A stretch of DNA of 64,000 nucleotides from Tubiluchus corallicola (lineage: Eukaryota; Animalia; Priapulida): positions 1 to 64,000 of the forward strand of contig JAQGDQ010000462.1 of assembly GCA_030141605.1 (NCBI GenBank), written 5' to 3'. Positions 52,101-64,000 of the stretch are shown piece by piece; positions within the stretch are counted from its first letter, which is position 1, and each line of letters opens with the position of its first letter. The notes under the pieces were generated by a model, which ran no database searches, was not told the DNA's origin, and saw only the letters and a list, made by a program, of their open reading frames with translations. The translations under genes and the position numbers were made by a program.

Positions 52101-55100
52101 AAAAGCATCAAAATGTCAGTATTATAGGGATAGATTAATGACAGTTAAAGATAACGTAAAAAAGACATGGGATACAATGAAAGATATTATGCACAAAGAA
52201 AGACAAAATCGACCCATTACGTTGTTCATAAACAGTACAGCAATTTTAGAAAGTGTTAAACGGAAAAATAGAATGTATCATTCTCTAGTGAACAAGACAA
52301 ATAATAACGTATCTGAAGTAGAATACAAACGACATAGAAATGAACTTAATACAGTTATAAAAGCATCAAAATGTCAGTATTATAGGGATAGATTAATGAC
52401 AGTTAAAGATAACGTAAAAAAGACATGGGATACAATGAAAGATATTATGCACAAAGAAAGACAAAATCGACCCATTACGTTGTTCATAAACAGTACAGCA
52501 ATTTTAGAAAGTGTTAAACGGAAAAATAGAATGTATCATTCTCTAGTGAACAAGACAAATAATAACGTATCTGAAGTAGAATACAAACGACATAGAAATG
52601 AACTTAATACAGTTATAAAAGCATCAAAATGTCAGTATTATAGGGATAGATTAATGACAGTTAAAGATAACGTAAAAAAGACATGGGATACAATGAAAGA
52701 TATTATGCACAAAGAAAGGCAAAATCGACCCATTACGTTGTTCATAAACAGTAAATTAATTAAAAATAATGTAGAGGTGGCAAATGCTTTTGACGATTAC
52801 TTTGCCAATATTGGACCAATATTATCAGAATAAACTGAAAACACAAACATAAATCCATGTTTATATCTTAAAGGCACCTACCGACAAAGCTTTTTTATTA
52901 GTACTGTTTGGGCTTTACGGAGACAAACAAACAAAGTCATCATTTGCACAGTGTAACTGTTTATTGTTTGTACTATTTTCATGGCACATGCCCCGTAGTC
53001 ATATTTGCTTCATCCCAAAATATTACATTTTATCTGAAATAATATATAAATTTCTTTAATAAACTGATTCATTTTTACCAAAACATCGAATATGATTAAA
53101 TTAATGAGAAGCTTACAGTAAATAAAATAAATGACTAAATAAAATTTACGTACATCGTTGGCATTAATCATGAGTTCACACAGCCACGTCACCACATGTA
53201 CACCTTGAAACCTAAATGACCGGAAACTCTGTAGGAAGCGACTATTGAGGCCAGGTGTCGCCACTTGTAACTTATAGCTATACTAAATTTGACAAACAAA
53301 ATCCTTGACAAGTACAGTAACAGAAAATGATATAATAAATACATGTACTTGCAAATAGTTTAATCGGAATAAAGGTCCTGGTAAGAACAAAATGTTACCT
53401 AAAGTCGTAATACACACAATCGATTACATCTCTAAACCTTTGCAATATTTATTTAATTTATCTTTTCTTACAGGTGAAATATAAGTGAAATTGAAAGAAT
53501 CAATTATTGTTCCTTCGTTTAAATCAGATGATCCCATGTCTCTGAACAATTATAGACCAGTGTCCTTATTGCCTTTTATATCAAAAATATTAGAAAAGCT
53601 TTTTACAATCAGTTATCTCATTATTTAATAAAAAAAAAAGAATTCTGAGTAATAAACAATTTGGTTTCAGAAAAGGTAGCTCCACTGAAATAGCCTCAAC
53701 AAAAATTATAGAAAATATCATTAATACTGTTGAAAAAAAGGCACATCCTAGGGAGTATTTTGCGATCTATCAAAAGCATTTGATACAGTAAACCATGACA
53801 CTCTGCTAAATAAGTTGTACTATCACGGTATCAGGGGTTTGCCTCACATGTGGCTAAAGAATTATTTAATAGGGTGCACTCAGACAGTAAAATATAATAA
53901 CACTTTTTCAGATGTAGCACTAATCAAATGTGGTGTGCCCCAAGGCTCAGTCCTTGGGCCACTACTTTTTCTAATTTATATTAATGACACCATTTTTTGT
54001 GTTAAAAATTACAATTTATTTCAGTTTGCTGATGATACAAGCATTTTTTTAGCTTTCGTAAAATAGAAAACAGTATTGGCTACATAAATACAGTTCTACA
54101 TGATCTAGCTATATGGTTCAAGACAAATAAACTGTAACTAAATTCATCAAAAACAAAATACATTCTGTTTAGATCCCGAAATAAAAAAATTCAAGCGAAC
54201 CACGATTTAATAATAGACAAAAAAGAATTACACGTGTAAAAGAACTGAAATTTCTGGGATTAATCCTGAATGAGCATCTAGACTGGCGACCACATATATT
54301 CATGATCAGATTGAAAATATCAAAAAATACAGGTATTATCTCATATATTAAAAACTTTCTGAACACCGTACACCGAACATCTTCTAACATTATATAACAG
54401 TTTAATATTGTCATATTTAAATTACTGCAGAACATTATGGGGCTTTACTTATACTACAAATTTAGAATGCTTAAGAGTTTTACAACAAAAATTTTTACGT
54501 GTCATCTTCAAACTAGACAAAAGGAGCACAATTACTACTACACATTTTAAGCAATGTCAGATATTACTTCTGGTTGATGTTATTAATTTTAATGGATGCA
54601 TATATATGTATAAAACCAACAACTTATTTCCAACTTTTTTGAAAATTAAGTCAAGATAAATGTAAAAAGATACAATACCAGACATAATAAATATATACCA
54701 AGATGTTGTAGAACAAATATGGCGAAACATTTCATTAGCTATATGGGACCAGTCCTATGGAACAGACTAAGCCGCAATTCAAAATGTAGTCACTTCCTTT
54801 CAACTTTTAAAAAAACCGTCAGAAAAGAAATATTTCAAAAGTATTGAGAGTAACAAGATTTGATAATGGTAATCACCTGCATTCTTTTTCCACAGTAATC
54901 TTAATAAAACGTGACTATGCTCAACAGGTTACCGAACACTTTATAATCATGATCACAGTTTTTCTTAGTTCTCGCTCCATATCATCTTTCATTCACTACT
55001 CCCCCCACACTGTTATGTATATATTATCATTATTTCAATTATTAATCACTTCTTTAAGATTTCCACGTACAGTTTGGCCTGTCAAGCTATGCTTTTAGGC

Positions 55101-58100
55101 TCGAACTGTATGCATCAAAATTATTCTGTAATGTAATTTGCACATGTACATGGTGCATTTTGTAATTTCTGGATAATATTGCATTTATATTTATATTTAC
55201 GTCAGTGAAATTATCTATATTTTTATTATATCTGTTAGATGCAGAGTGGAAATAAATAAACTTATAAACTTATTACTCTTATGAACAACAACATAAACAA
55301 AGCACCTGAAAAAGGCAATGTCCAAAGTTCTAGTGCAGACTGGAATGTCCAGTGGTCTGGTGGATATCGTGGATATTTACGATATCGCCACCCTGACCGA
55401 TATGATCTTGTATCTTGACTTGACCAGCTGTAAGCACTCACGCATTTTCGACCGTACGGTTCCAGAAGGTTGTCAACGAAACACAGATCTTAATAACGAA
55501 AAAAACGAATTTCAAGTGCAGTGAATGATAATCGTGCTAAATTTAGCCCTGAATTAACAATTAACTAAAATAAGCACGTGCTTAGGGCCTTATAAGAAGA
55601 GGAGCCTGACACAGTTTTTTCCAAATTCAATAATTAGGTGGGAGATCTGCTAAATGGCTTTCCTCTTATAAGAAAATGTATTTTAGATGCCTCGATGTAT
55701 TTTTAATCTAATATCGCTTTTCTAAGCTATTTAACGCTGATGTCTTAGCCTAGCATTTACTTTAAATGAATCTTTCTGCAAGATTTGAAAGACAAAAATT
55801 CATTTTATAGCTTTGTATAGTTTTGTATATGGGAGTACCATAATCTTTGCAGTGCCATATTTAAGGCCTCTAGGGGTGTTGCTCAGACCCTGGTTAAGTT
55901 ATATTAAAAATATGTACAGGAACTATCTGTATTTGTCTTGTGAAATAATGGTTTTAAGCATAGCAGGTTGGAAAGCAGAAAGAATTGTCTAATCATTAGA
56001 AAAAGATCATTCATCATTTAGTGGAGGTGCAAAATTTTTCAAATTTTCTAATTTAGAACTGCCCTCATGCGTTCATAACTTTCCTATTGTTATAGTTCTG
56101 CTTTGATCATCTTTTTTCATCTTGCATTTTTATATATTATTTTGGTAATGAACAAAATTAAATAAGACTTTGTTTTCATTTAACGTACCCGGTGCTTCTC
56201 GCAATTGACGTAGTCTTGCAACTCCGACAAGTCTGCAAACTAAATCCGTTGCATAGCCTGGCTTTATTGGTTTACCGTTGTACATTTTCTCTAAATGTAG
56301 ATTAGGTTGTAATGTGTCGTCAATAAACTCCCACATGTCACTGACATCTTTTATCTATCATAGAAAAAACTCAATTGTATGATTCCTGAAATCAGGAGTT
56401 TAAAGAAGCCAATTTATGTCATGCCTGCTCTGACCAAACTAATCTGTACCCGAACCAGACTTGTACTAATTCAGTATTAGTAACTAAGCAACATTTAAAC
56501 AACATGTTACTGTTAGTCATAGCATTTGTTATGTACAGAAAGCCTTTACTATTTCATTCATGTTGCAAAGTCGTTTATTCTACAGAGAATAATAAAGAGA
56601 AAATTAACAAGTAAGAAAATAAATAAAATGATTAACAGAAACTTAGTAATTATGAAGAAGTCAACGTATTGGTAAAAGTACTTTCTCAAATTTCAAAGAT
56701 CGAATTCATAACTTAATTAAATTATTTAAGTTCATGTAACTTACATCGTTGGCGCTTCGTCAAGATTTAAAATTTCTCAAGGCACAAATTTGGTTATAAC
56801 TAAACGCTGTTATTAACTATAACACAACAACGACAAAAAACATTGCTGTGAATAAAAACACGACCATCATTGTTCTCCTCCTGTCCTTTCCTCTCTGCAC
56901 TGCCCGTAGAGGGCAGCACCTTCCAATAAATAAGTGTCGTTATGCATATTGCAGTTACACTCCCCCTCTAAAATGCGAACTCACAAAGCATTTTACCAAA
57001 AATTTCCAGTAAGCAGTTAGTCGGCACCCTCTAGAAGACAGAGCTTGTGTATGGGGCGCTCTAAAAATCCAGCCTTCACTTAAAGTGTAGCACTTCTTAC
57101 TAACCCGTCTTCGCCTACATGAACTTGCTCCACCTTGCCCAATGGCCACGGATTTCTGGGTGTGGTCTCCTTCACAAGCACCACATCATTGACTTTGAGA
57201 TTTCTTTTTGGCACAGTCCACTTGTTCCGTTGCTGTAAGGATGACAAGTACTCTTTGGTCCACCTACTCCAAAAGCTGACACTAAGTGTTGAATGTGTCG
57301 CCACTTGCGTCTGTATCGATCAGACTCAGAAAATACTCCTTGTGGCAGTGAGGCAGCATTGTGAGCTAAAAGCAGATGATTTGGTGTCAATGGTTCTGCA
57401 TCTTTTGGATCATTTAAAATCCGAGTTAACGGCCTTCCATTAATTATTGCCTCCGTTAAACAGAATACAGTGGATAATCCTTCATCGTCAAGGGTTTGTC
57501 CATCTAAACGGTGAACCAATATCCTTCTGACTGATCTTATCATCCTTTCCCAACAACCTCCCATGTGTGAAGCAGCTCGTGGATTGTACTCCCACTCTAT
57601 GTTACGTTGGTGTAGCTGACTAGTGATGTTCTGATGGTTCCAGCCTAACATAGCTTTTTGAAGCTCCCTGTCTGCTCCAACTAAGTTTGTCCCATGGTAA
57701 GACCTGATCACATTCGGCTTTCCCCTCCTGCTAATAAATCGGAAGAGGGCATTAACAAAGCTATCAGTGGTCATGTCAAAAAAAACTTCTAGATGAATAG
57801 ATCGTACTGTCATGCACGTAAATAAACATCCATATCTCTTAGCAGATGTGCGCCCTCTCTTTACCCAAAAGGGCCCAAAACAATCTACCCCCACTGAGGA
57901 GAACACTGAATCTCTTGAAACCCTGTCGCTGGGTAAGTCAGCCATCTTTTGGCCCAGCGTGGGTGCATACAAATGTCTGCACCTGCGACAGTCCTTTATA
58001 ACCTTTCTTGCGATAGTTCTCAGTCCAATGATCCAGAGCTTGCCTCTGACTACAGACATAGTGTAATTGCATCCAGCATGACAGTTTTCTTCATGGTAGT

Positions 58101-60809
58101 GTCGGACAACTAGGTGAGAAAAAACATGGTCTTTTGGCAGTATTATTGGGTGCTTAGCTTGTTTAGCTAAAGGAGCTTTGGCTAGTCTGCCTCCAACTAC
58201 CAATATGCCTCTATCAGATTTCTGAGGGTCCAATTGATACAAATGACTGGTTTTGAATACATTCTGTCCTGTCAGCTCTTCTTTGAAGTGTATGTACTGC
58301 ACATGTCTAATGATTTCTTCCTCAGCCTCCATTAGTTCCTTCAAAGAAAGGGCAGTGTGCTCTGAAATAGCATTGACCCTGTTAAGTACTTTGTCTCTCA
58401 ACAATCGTTTCAGACGTAGGAGATAAGCTACACATCTTTTTAGCCGATGCAGATTTGAATAATGCTTACACAACATGTCGATGACATTATCATCCTTTTC
58501 TACTGCTTTAGACGTGTAGACCACCATAGGACTTTTCTTTATTTCAGAATCATCTGAGACATCTTTGCCTTTGATACTATCACCGATCTTTGGCCATTGC
58601 TCTCGCTTGCCTTTCAGAAATGTGGGGCCATTTATCCACCTGCTTTCCTTCACCAGATGCATCATCTGCTGGATTGTCTGCTCCTGGTAGGTGATGCCAT
58701 TGTTGTGGTGAAGTTAGTTCCTGAATGACAGCCAAACGATTGGCAACAACTACCTTGCTAATGCAGACACAACACTCTGAATCACTTTGGGCTTCGAGTC
58801 TACTCTATTTTTCCTGAGAAATTCTCATTGTACGATATAACCACTTTTATTTGTCTTTGACAGATCGGTTGTTATTTTCCTGGACTGAGTGGTACAAAGC
58901 TAAATACTTACTTCACTGAATTTTGTGTGACCTTGCTGTTTTGACTTAATAAACATGTCTTCAACCCATTTGGTTACCATGTAGGACCTACAAATAAAAA
59001 ACATTTACGGCTAATAAGATTTTGCCAAAAGCAACAGCCATCCCAGCAATACAAATTTGATGATAATAATAATAATTCCTCCTTTCATTTTTCTATCATT
59101 CAAAGTTAAAAACATTAGTCATACAGCTTATACGCATAACTGAGGATTGCATGACTGAATTTTGAATATTGTGAATTGATGATATTTGGAATTAATTTGT
59201 ATTGATCGATTTTCACGATCTGACTATGCACGTGAACTATTATTAGCATCTAGAGAATTGGGTTTTTTATTATGATGAAATCAATATGCACCTTTTGTCT
59301 CGAAAATTGTAAACAATGTTGGACAGAAGAAGTACAAAAATTCCAAATAAGATAATCTCCTTCAATATCTTATCCATGAATCGGTCATGTAGACGACGTT
59401 TTCTATCAAGTTCTATCAACTTTTGCTCCGGAGGCCGGTATGTTCGTCGCCTCTCTGAGATCCTGAAAAGAAAGTAGTTTAACTTACATCAAATGTCAGA
59501 CCACTCACATAACAACTTACTATCCTGTACACTACGAATGAGAATGTGTTAATTGTATCAGATAACTGAGTGCTTCTGGCACATGGTTGAGCTATACTGG
59601 GTATCAGATAGGGGTGAGATTTCCTTACCATAATGCAAATTCAAATAGAAGTCGAATTTCGAAGATCATGCATATTACGTGATTTTATTCTGCAGCAAAA
59701 GCACTAATAATTTGTATAATAATTAAATTGCAGCTAAGCTTTGCTGATTGTGTGCAGTTTCAAACGTTTTAACGATAAAGAATGTATGTAGTTGATTCGT
59801 AGTGATGAGTTTTTCAAATCTATATTTCTCGATGGAAATCGAATTCGAACAAAAAAGAACTGGATCGAATCAAATACAAAAATTCCTTGCTCACCTCTAG
59901 TATATGTATATATATATACATATATTAAGTGAATTTTCTGTGTGAAATGTTTCTGTGTTTAAAACGCTATTATCATACAACAGAGTAGGTAAAATATGAA
60001 ACAAACTGTTGCAAATTTTCTGATTTTCTTACAGACCTTTCATGCTCTTCTAGCAGTTCTTGTTGCACATACTCTTCGTCTTGCTGTAACGGTACATCAG
60101 TTAGAGCACGTGGCAGTTCATTTGGCTGTTTAAATATAAATGTTAACATCACTGCCATTATTAAAACTTTTATCGGTTGTGAGAGGAAGATGCTTTCTAT
60201 GACGCTGGTCAACATTGAATACAGCCAGGCAACACTTTTTGAATAACCAAACTTTAGACCATAAAGCATCACTAAGTAGCTGCAGACGAGAGACAAACCC
60301 AGGGCAAGTGTCCAACCAATAATGGCACACCATTGTGGTAAATTAAATGCTGGGTTACCATAAACGTCTTTTCCAAAAACCAAAGAGAATGGAAAAGGTA
60401 TGGTTTTTGTTGTAGTTACGTCAAAACTGTAACGTACAGAGAGTTTCCTTGGTATTTCCTCAACGAATATTTCTTTGTCATCACAGGGAACAGTTTCTTC
60501 TTCCACGTCTATGCTAGCAGCTTCTTCCTCTTCCTCTTCATTTTCAACCTCTTTTAATGCTTCCATCCAATGGCGATCGGGCACTATAGAGAATTTAGGT
60601 GCATAAATGCCACTTGCAAAAGCAGCCAGGTGAGTCTCACTCGCACCTGCTTCCTCATGAATTAAACGAAGGTAATGAAGCCAAGTTCTTAAATTGTTCT
60701 TTATTTTTCTAGTTCCATCGTACAGTTCTTTTGAGCATGCTGCCTCTTCCTGCTTGAGGCTCAACCACTCTTTGTGCATTTGTAATACAGACATTCTCCT
60801 TTTCTTCTC
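49109..60809 (-). CDS. Polycystin-1 family (PKD1L/PKDREJ-like) protein, last six exons (TM4-TM5, TOP domain, channel-like module); 5' part lies beyond the window
   Basis: Phase-consistent exons 60809-60037, 59462-59292, 58987-58912, 56354-56189, 55488-55306, 50154-49109. Family motifs [86 protein letters not shown] on the minus strand at 49013-49008. Confidence 0.92.
51978..52753. repeat. In-frame 258-bp (86-aa) tandem triplication inside the LINE ORF2
   Basis: tacagcaattttagaaagtg starts at 51978, 52236 and 52494; [14 protein letters not shown]...ITLFINS appears three times in ORF 51052..52833. Confidence 0.96.
52905..53310. mobile_element. Solo LTR (406 bp, 5-bp TSD) inserted in the LINE
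   Basis: TGT...ACA ends. AGTAC at 52900-52904 and 53311-53315. Removal restores the LINE peptide [11 protein letters not shown]. Confidence 0.8.
56505..58769 (-). mobile_element. Internally deleted BEL/Pao LTR retrotransposon: RNase H end + integrase + PPT + 3' LTR
   Basis: [18 protein letters not shown]; zinc finger H..HAG..C..C; [40 protein letters not shown]; terminal [22 protein letters not shown] directly precedes an LTR at 56959-56505 (TGT...ACA, with AATAAA). Candidate TSD CAACA at 56500-56504 and 58770-58774. Confidence 0.9.
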
Positions 60810-61053
60810 CTGAAATAAACGTCACAATCAAAATATTTAATGCAACCATTAGCTGACTAAAACAGATTAACTAACACAGCCTTGTGATGATTGCCATATG
60901 GTAATATACCAATAAGTACAAATGCCTTTGTTAAGCAGATTTTCTAATATTTCTATGTACTAAAAAGTAAAAAAATCGTAATTTTGTTTCGAAAAGTAAC
61001 TGAATCATTAAACTAAATCAACGTAAATTAAGTTTGACACTCGCCAGTGATAA

Positions 61054-64000
61054 ATGTCGACAGGAACAAGAAGTAGAGCACGTTTACTGACTGTACTTGG
61101 TGACGTTGTTACACAAGCTACACCAGAAATGGGAAATGAATATGAAATTAACTCGTACCATGCAGAAGATGAAGACCACTCCCCAGAAAGTGAATGTGGA
61201 ATAGAGGACACAGAGGATTTTGATCTTCAAGCTACTCTCAAAGTGCTAGTAAAGCAAGTTAAAGCAGTTAATCACAAGGTAACCAGAATCGATAAAAAAA
61301 CTGAAGACATAGAAAAATCCCAGCAGTTCATCTCAGATAGCTTTGAGACGATGAAACATGAACTTGCATCAGCACGCCAAGAAATCAATATCTTGAAGAC
61401 AAAAAATAATGCATTATCAGCTACAGTTGAAAAACTAGAAAAAACTATAAAGGACAAGGATCTGGAAATTGATAGTCTGGACCAATACAGTAGGCGTGAC
61501 TGCGTTGAGATTTCAGGTGTGCCGTTGACTAAGGATGAGAATGTTTCTGATATAGTTCTGTCCATTGCTCTGAACATGGATATCCCACTTGATAGGAACG
61601 ACATTAGTACAGCCCATAGGCTTCCACCGCCTAAGCGAGGAGGAAAAACCAAAGATAGTGGTGAAGTTCACTCGTAGGCTTGTCCGCGATCAGTTTTATG
61701 ACAGCCGGAAAAAAACTGGAAAAACAGGTCATCTTACTAGTGCCAACTACACCATAGACAATCAGATCTACATCAATGAGCTTCTCACGACGAAACGAAG
61801 GTCCCTTTTTCTCAAATGTCTAGAATTCAAGAGAAACCACAACTACAAGTACATTTGGACTAAATATGGTAGAATTTTTATTCGAGCCAGTGACAATAGT
61901 AATACTGTTGAAGTTCAGAGGGAGGACGACTTGAACACCCTAAAATAAAGACTTAGATGAGTAAATCCTGTTAGTTACATTTTATTAGATAGTTATGGTT
62001 TACCCATGCACTTTTTGTCTACACAATTGCAAAAATAATCAATTTAGTATTTTCTGTGACATCTGCAAATGTTGGACGCACTTAAAATGCACAAGCTTAA
62101 CAAGAGAGCAATTTGTGACTTTATCAGAAACTTCTGATGTCTATTACTGTTTAAAATGCATTAATGAAGTTATGCCGTTTCAAAACATAGAAGACGAGGA
62201 TTTGTCAATTAATTTCTCACATTTTGTTAATGTTGAAGATATCGAGCAAATAACTACTGCTTTGGAAGAATATCTTTCTCCAAATCCTAACAAAGCTGAT
62301 TCTTATGATCCTGATCATCATTCGGTTAAGTTCACATGTAATTATTATAAACTTGAATCTCTAAAGAATGACATCAATCTCAATCCAGATAAAATGATTT
62401 TTTGTTAGTCCATATGAATACGAATAGTTTAACCAAAAATTACTCGAGTATGCTCGATGTACTTTGTTATTTTTCACAGGCCCCTGATTTTATCGCCATC
62501 AGTGAAACTCGTATAAAAGCTCATCAACCTTTTTTATGTTCTCTCCCCGGCTACACTTATATTTCGGTAACTAATGCAGGTGGTGTAGCCTTATATATTA
62601 AAACTTCTATAGACTTTCAAATTAAAAGAAATTTGAAAATAGAATGTGATAAGGTGATAAATGATACCTTGCCCCCTGTGCATAGCCATATTCAGGTTGA
62701 ACATCTTTTTGTAGAATTGTCAACAAAATTTTCTAGTAAAAATATTATTTTTGGGGTGATCTATCGCCACCCAAACACTCCACTCAGACATTTTCATGAA
62801 GAGATGGACAATCTTCTGAATAAAATCAGCAAAACAGATAAATTGGCCTATGTGTGCGGAGATATTATTATCGACTTATTAGAGTATGACTCTAAGCAAT
62901 GTGTTCAGGACTATACCAATATGCTTTTTGCCAATTACTTTACACCATTGATTACTAAGCCTACACGTTTTTCTTCTACAGCTAAAACACTTATTGACCA
63001 TATTTACACTCCCCTTCTTCCCCCATTTATGCTGGTGTAGTCCTGAACCAAGTATCAGATCACCTACCTGTTTTTACCATTTGTAAAAATTCTTACTTAT
63101 TGAAAAAACAAGCAAAAATCAGGAAACGAAAGTTGAATAATATTAATTCTGCAAGTTTTTTAAATGACCTAAATCAAGCATTTATGGAAGCAGGAGTTGA
63201 AGACAATAGCGATATAAATCAAGCATTTAACGATTTTTTTCGTCTTTCACGAATGTTCTGGATGCTCATGCACCTATAATTACATTAAGCAGGAAACAAA
63301 CAGTTACATTTCAAAAACCCTGGCTTACATCTGGCATACTTACGTCTATCAAGATACGTAGTCGAATGTTCAAGACACATAAATTATCTAATTCTCTCTA
63401 CAAGCAGCAACTTTATAGGGCCTACTCTAATAAATTAAATCATATAAAAGATTTAGCCAAAAAGAAATATTATGAATACCAGTTTCAAATTAATCAAAAC
63501 AATGTTAAAAAAACCTGGACCATTATTAATAATATAATTGGCAGAAAAAACAAACAAATGCAAATTCCTAAGAAACTAGTGTACAATGGGAATTCCTCAT
63601 CTGATCCTGGAACTATTGCTAACATGTTCAATGAATTTTTCCAATCTGTGGGTAATAAAATGGCAGCTAATATCCCGCTTAATCCTAATGATTTTAGAAC
63701 ATACCTTTCGAATCCAAATTGCAACACCTTCTTTTTAAATCCAGTAGTAGGAATTGAAATAAAAACACTTATTAATAATCTCAGTGATTCAAAAGCAAAT
63801 GGACCTGAAGACATTCCAATAAGAATCTATAAATTGACAAAAGACGTTATTACACCGATACTAGTTACTTTAATTAATAAGTCTTTCACAGTAGGCATAT
63901 TTCCCGAAATTTTGAAAATTTCCAAAATCATTCCTATTTATAAAGCAAGCTCGCCAGATAATCCATCAAACTACCGACCAATTTCATTATTATCTCCTAT
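61054..64000 (+). mobile_element. CR1/L2-like LINE, near full 5' half: ORF1 (61054-61948, frameshift ~61645) and ORF2 (PHD finger + APE + RT start, from 61995), running off the window; lies in a PKD intron
   Basis: ORF1 has a coiled coil then SRRDCVEISGVP, ISTAHRL, PKIVVKF, IYINELLT, YIWTKYGRIFIR. ORF2 has C..C...CDICKCWTHLKC...C..C, IAISETR, GGVALYIK, GVIYRHP, TKPTRF..TLIDHIYT and NYRPISLLSP at the window end. Frameshifted. Confidence 0.93.

Larger units (their letters stand above)
50790..55270 (+). mobile_element. Degenerate CR1/L2-like LINE ORF2 in the last PKD intron (antisense to the host gene)
   Basis: [83 protein letters not shown]. Stops and frameshifts. A-rich 3' end aataaataaactta at ~55251-55272. 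Confidence 0.93.

Noticed and set aside
56745-56900. Hydrophobic stretch with a GTAAGT donor as an extra PKD exon
   Set aside because: It contains in-frame stops and lies within the BEL/Pao LTR; exons 58987-58912 and 56354-56189 join in phase without it.

Overview
This is AT-rich metazoan (probably invertebrate) genomic DNA with spliced genes and many transposon relics; the organism cannot be named from sequence alone. Positions ~10-28017 form a ~28 kb imperfect inverted duplication (arms ~10-13873 and ~14838-28017, ~1 kb spacer). It places two paralogs of a type I membrane receptor tail-to-tail. The minus-strand copy can be built completely: 14 GT-AG exons, 38723->16872, 992 aa, with the architecture signal peptide-CUB-CUB-CUB-Ig-CUB-Ig-Ig-like-TM-short tail. 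The plus-strand copy shows only its last 8 exons (3595-12259). The copies differ in a cytoplasmic Tyr, a possible recursive splice site at the TM exon, the polyA signal and minisatellite length. The right part of the window holds the 3' six exons of a PKD1-family polycystin gene (minus strand, 60809->49109). It also holds RTE, CR1/L2-like and BEL/Pao elements, a solo LTR, minisatellites and a possible remnant of a small secreted-protein gene. A further solo LTR, a pogo-type MITE and a LINE sit nested inside a TTAA-flanked element in intron 6 of the minus-strand receptor. All alignments and counts were made by eye.
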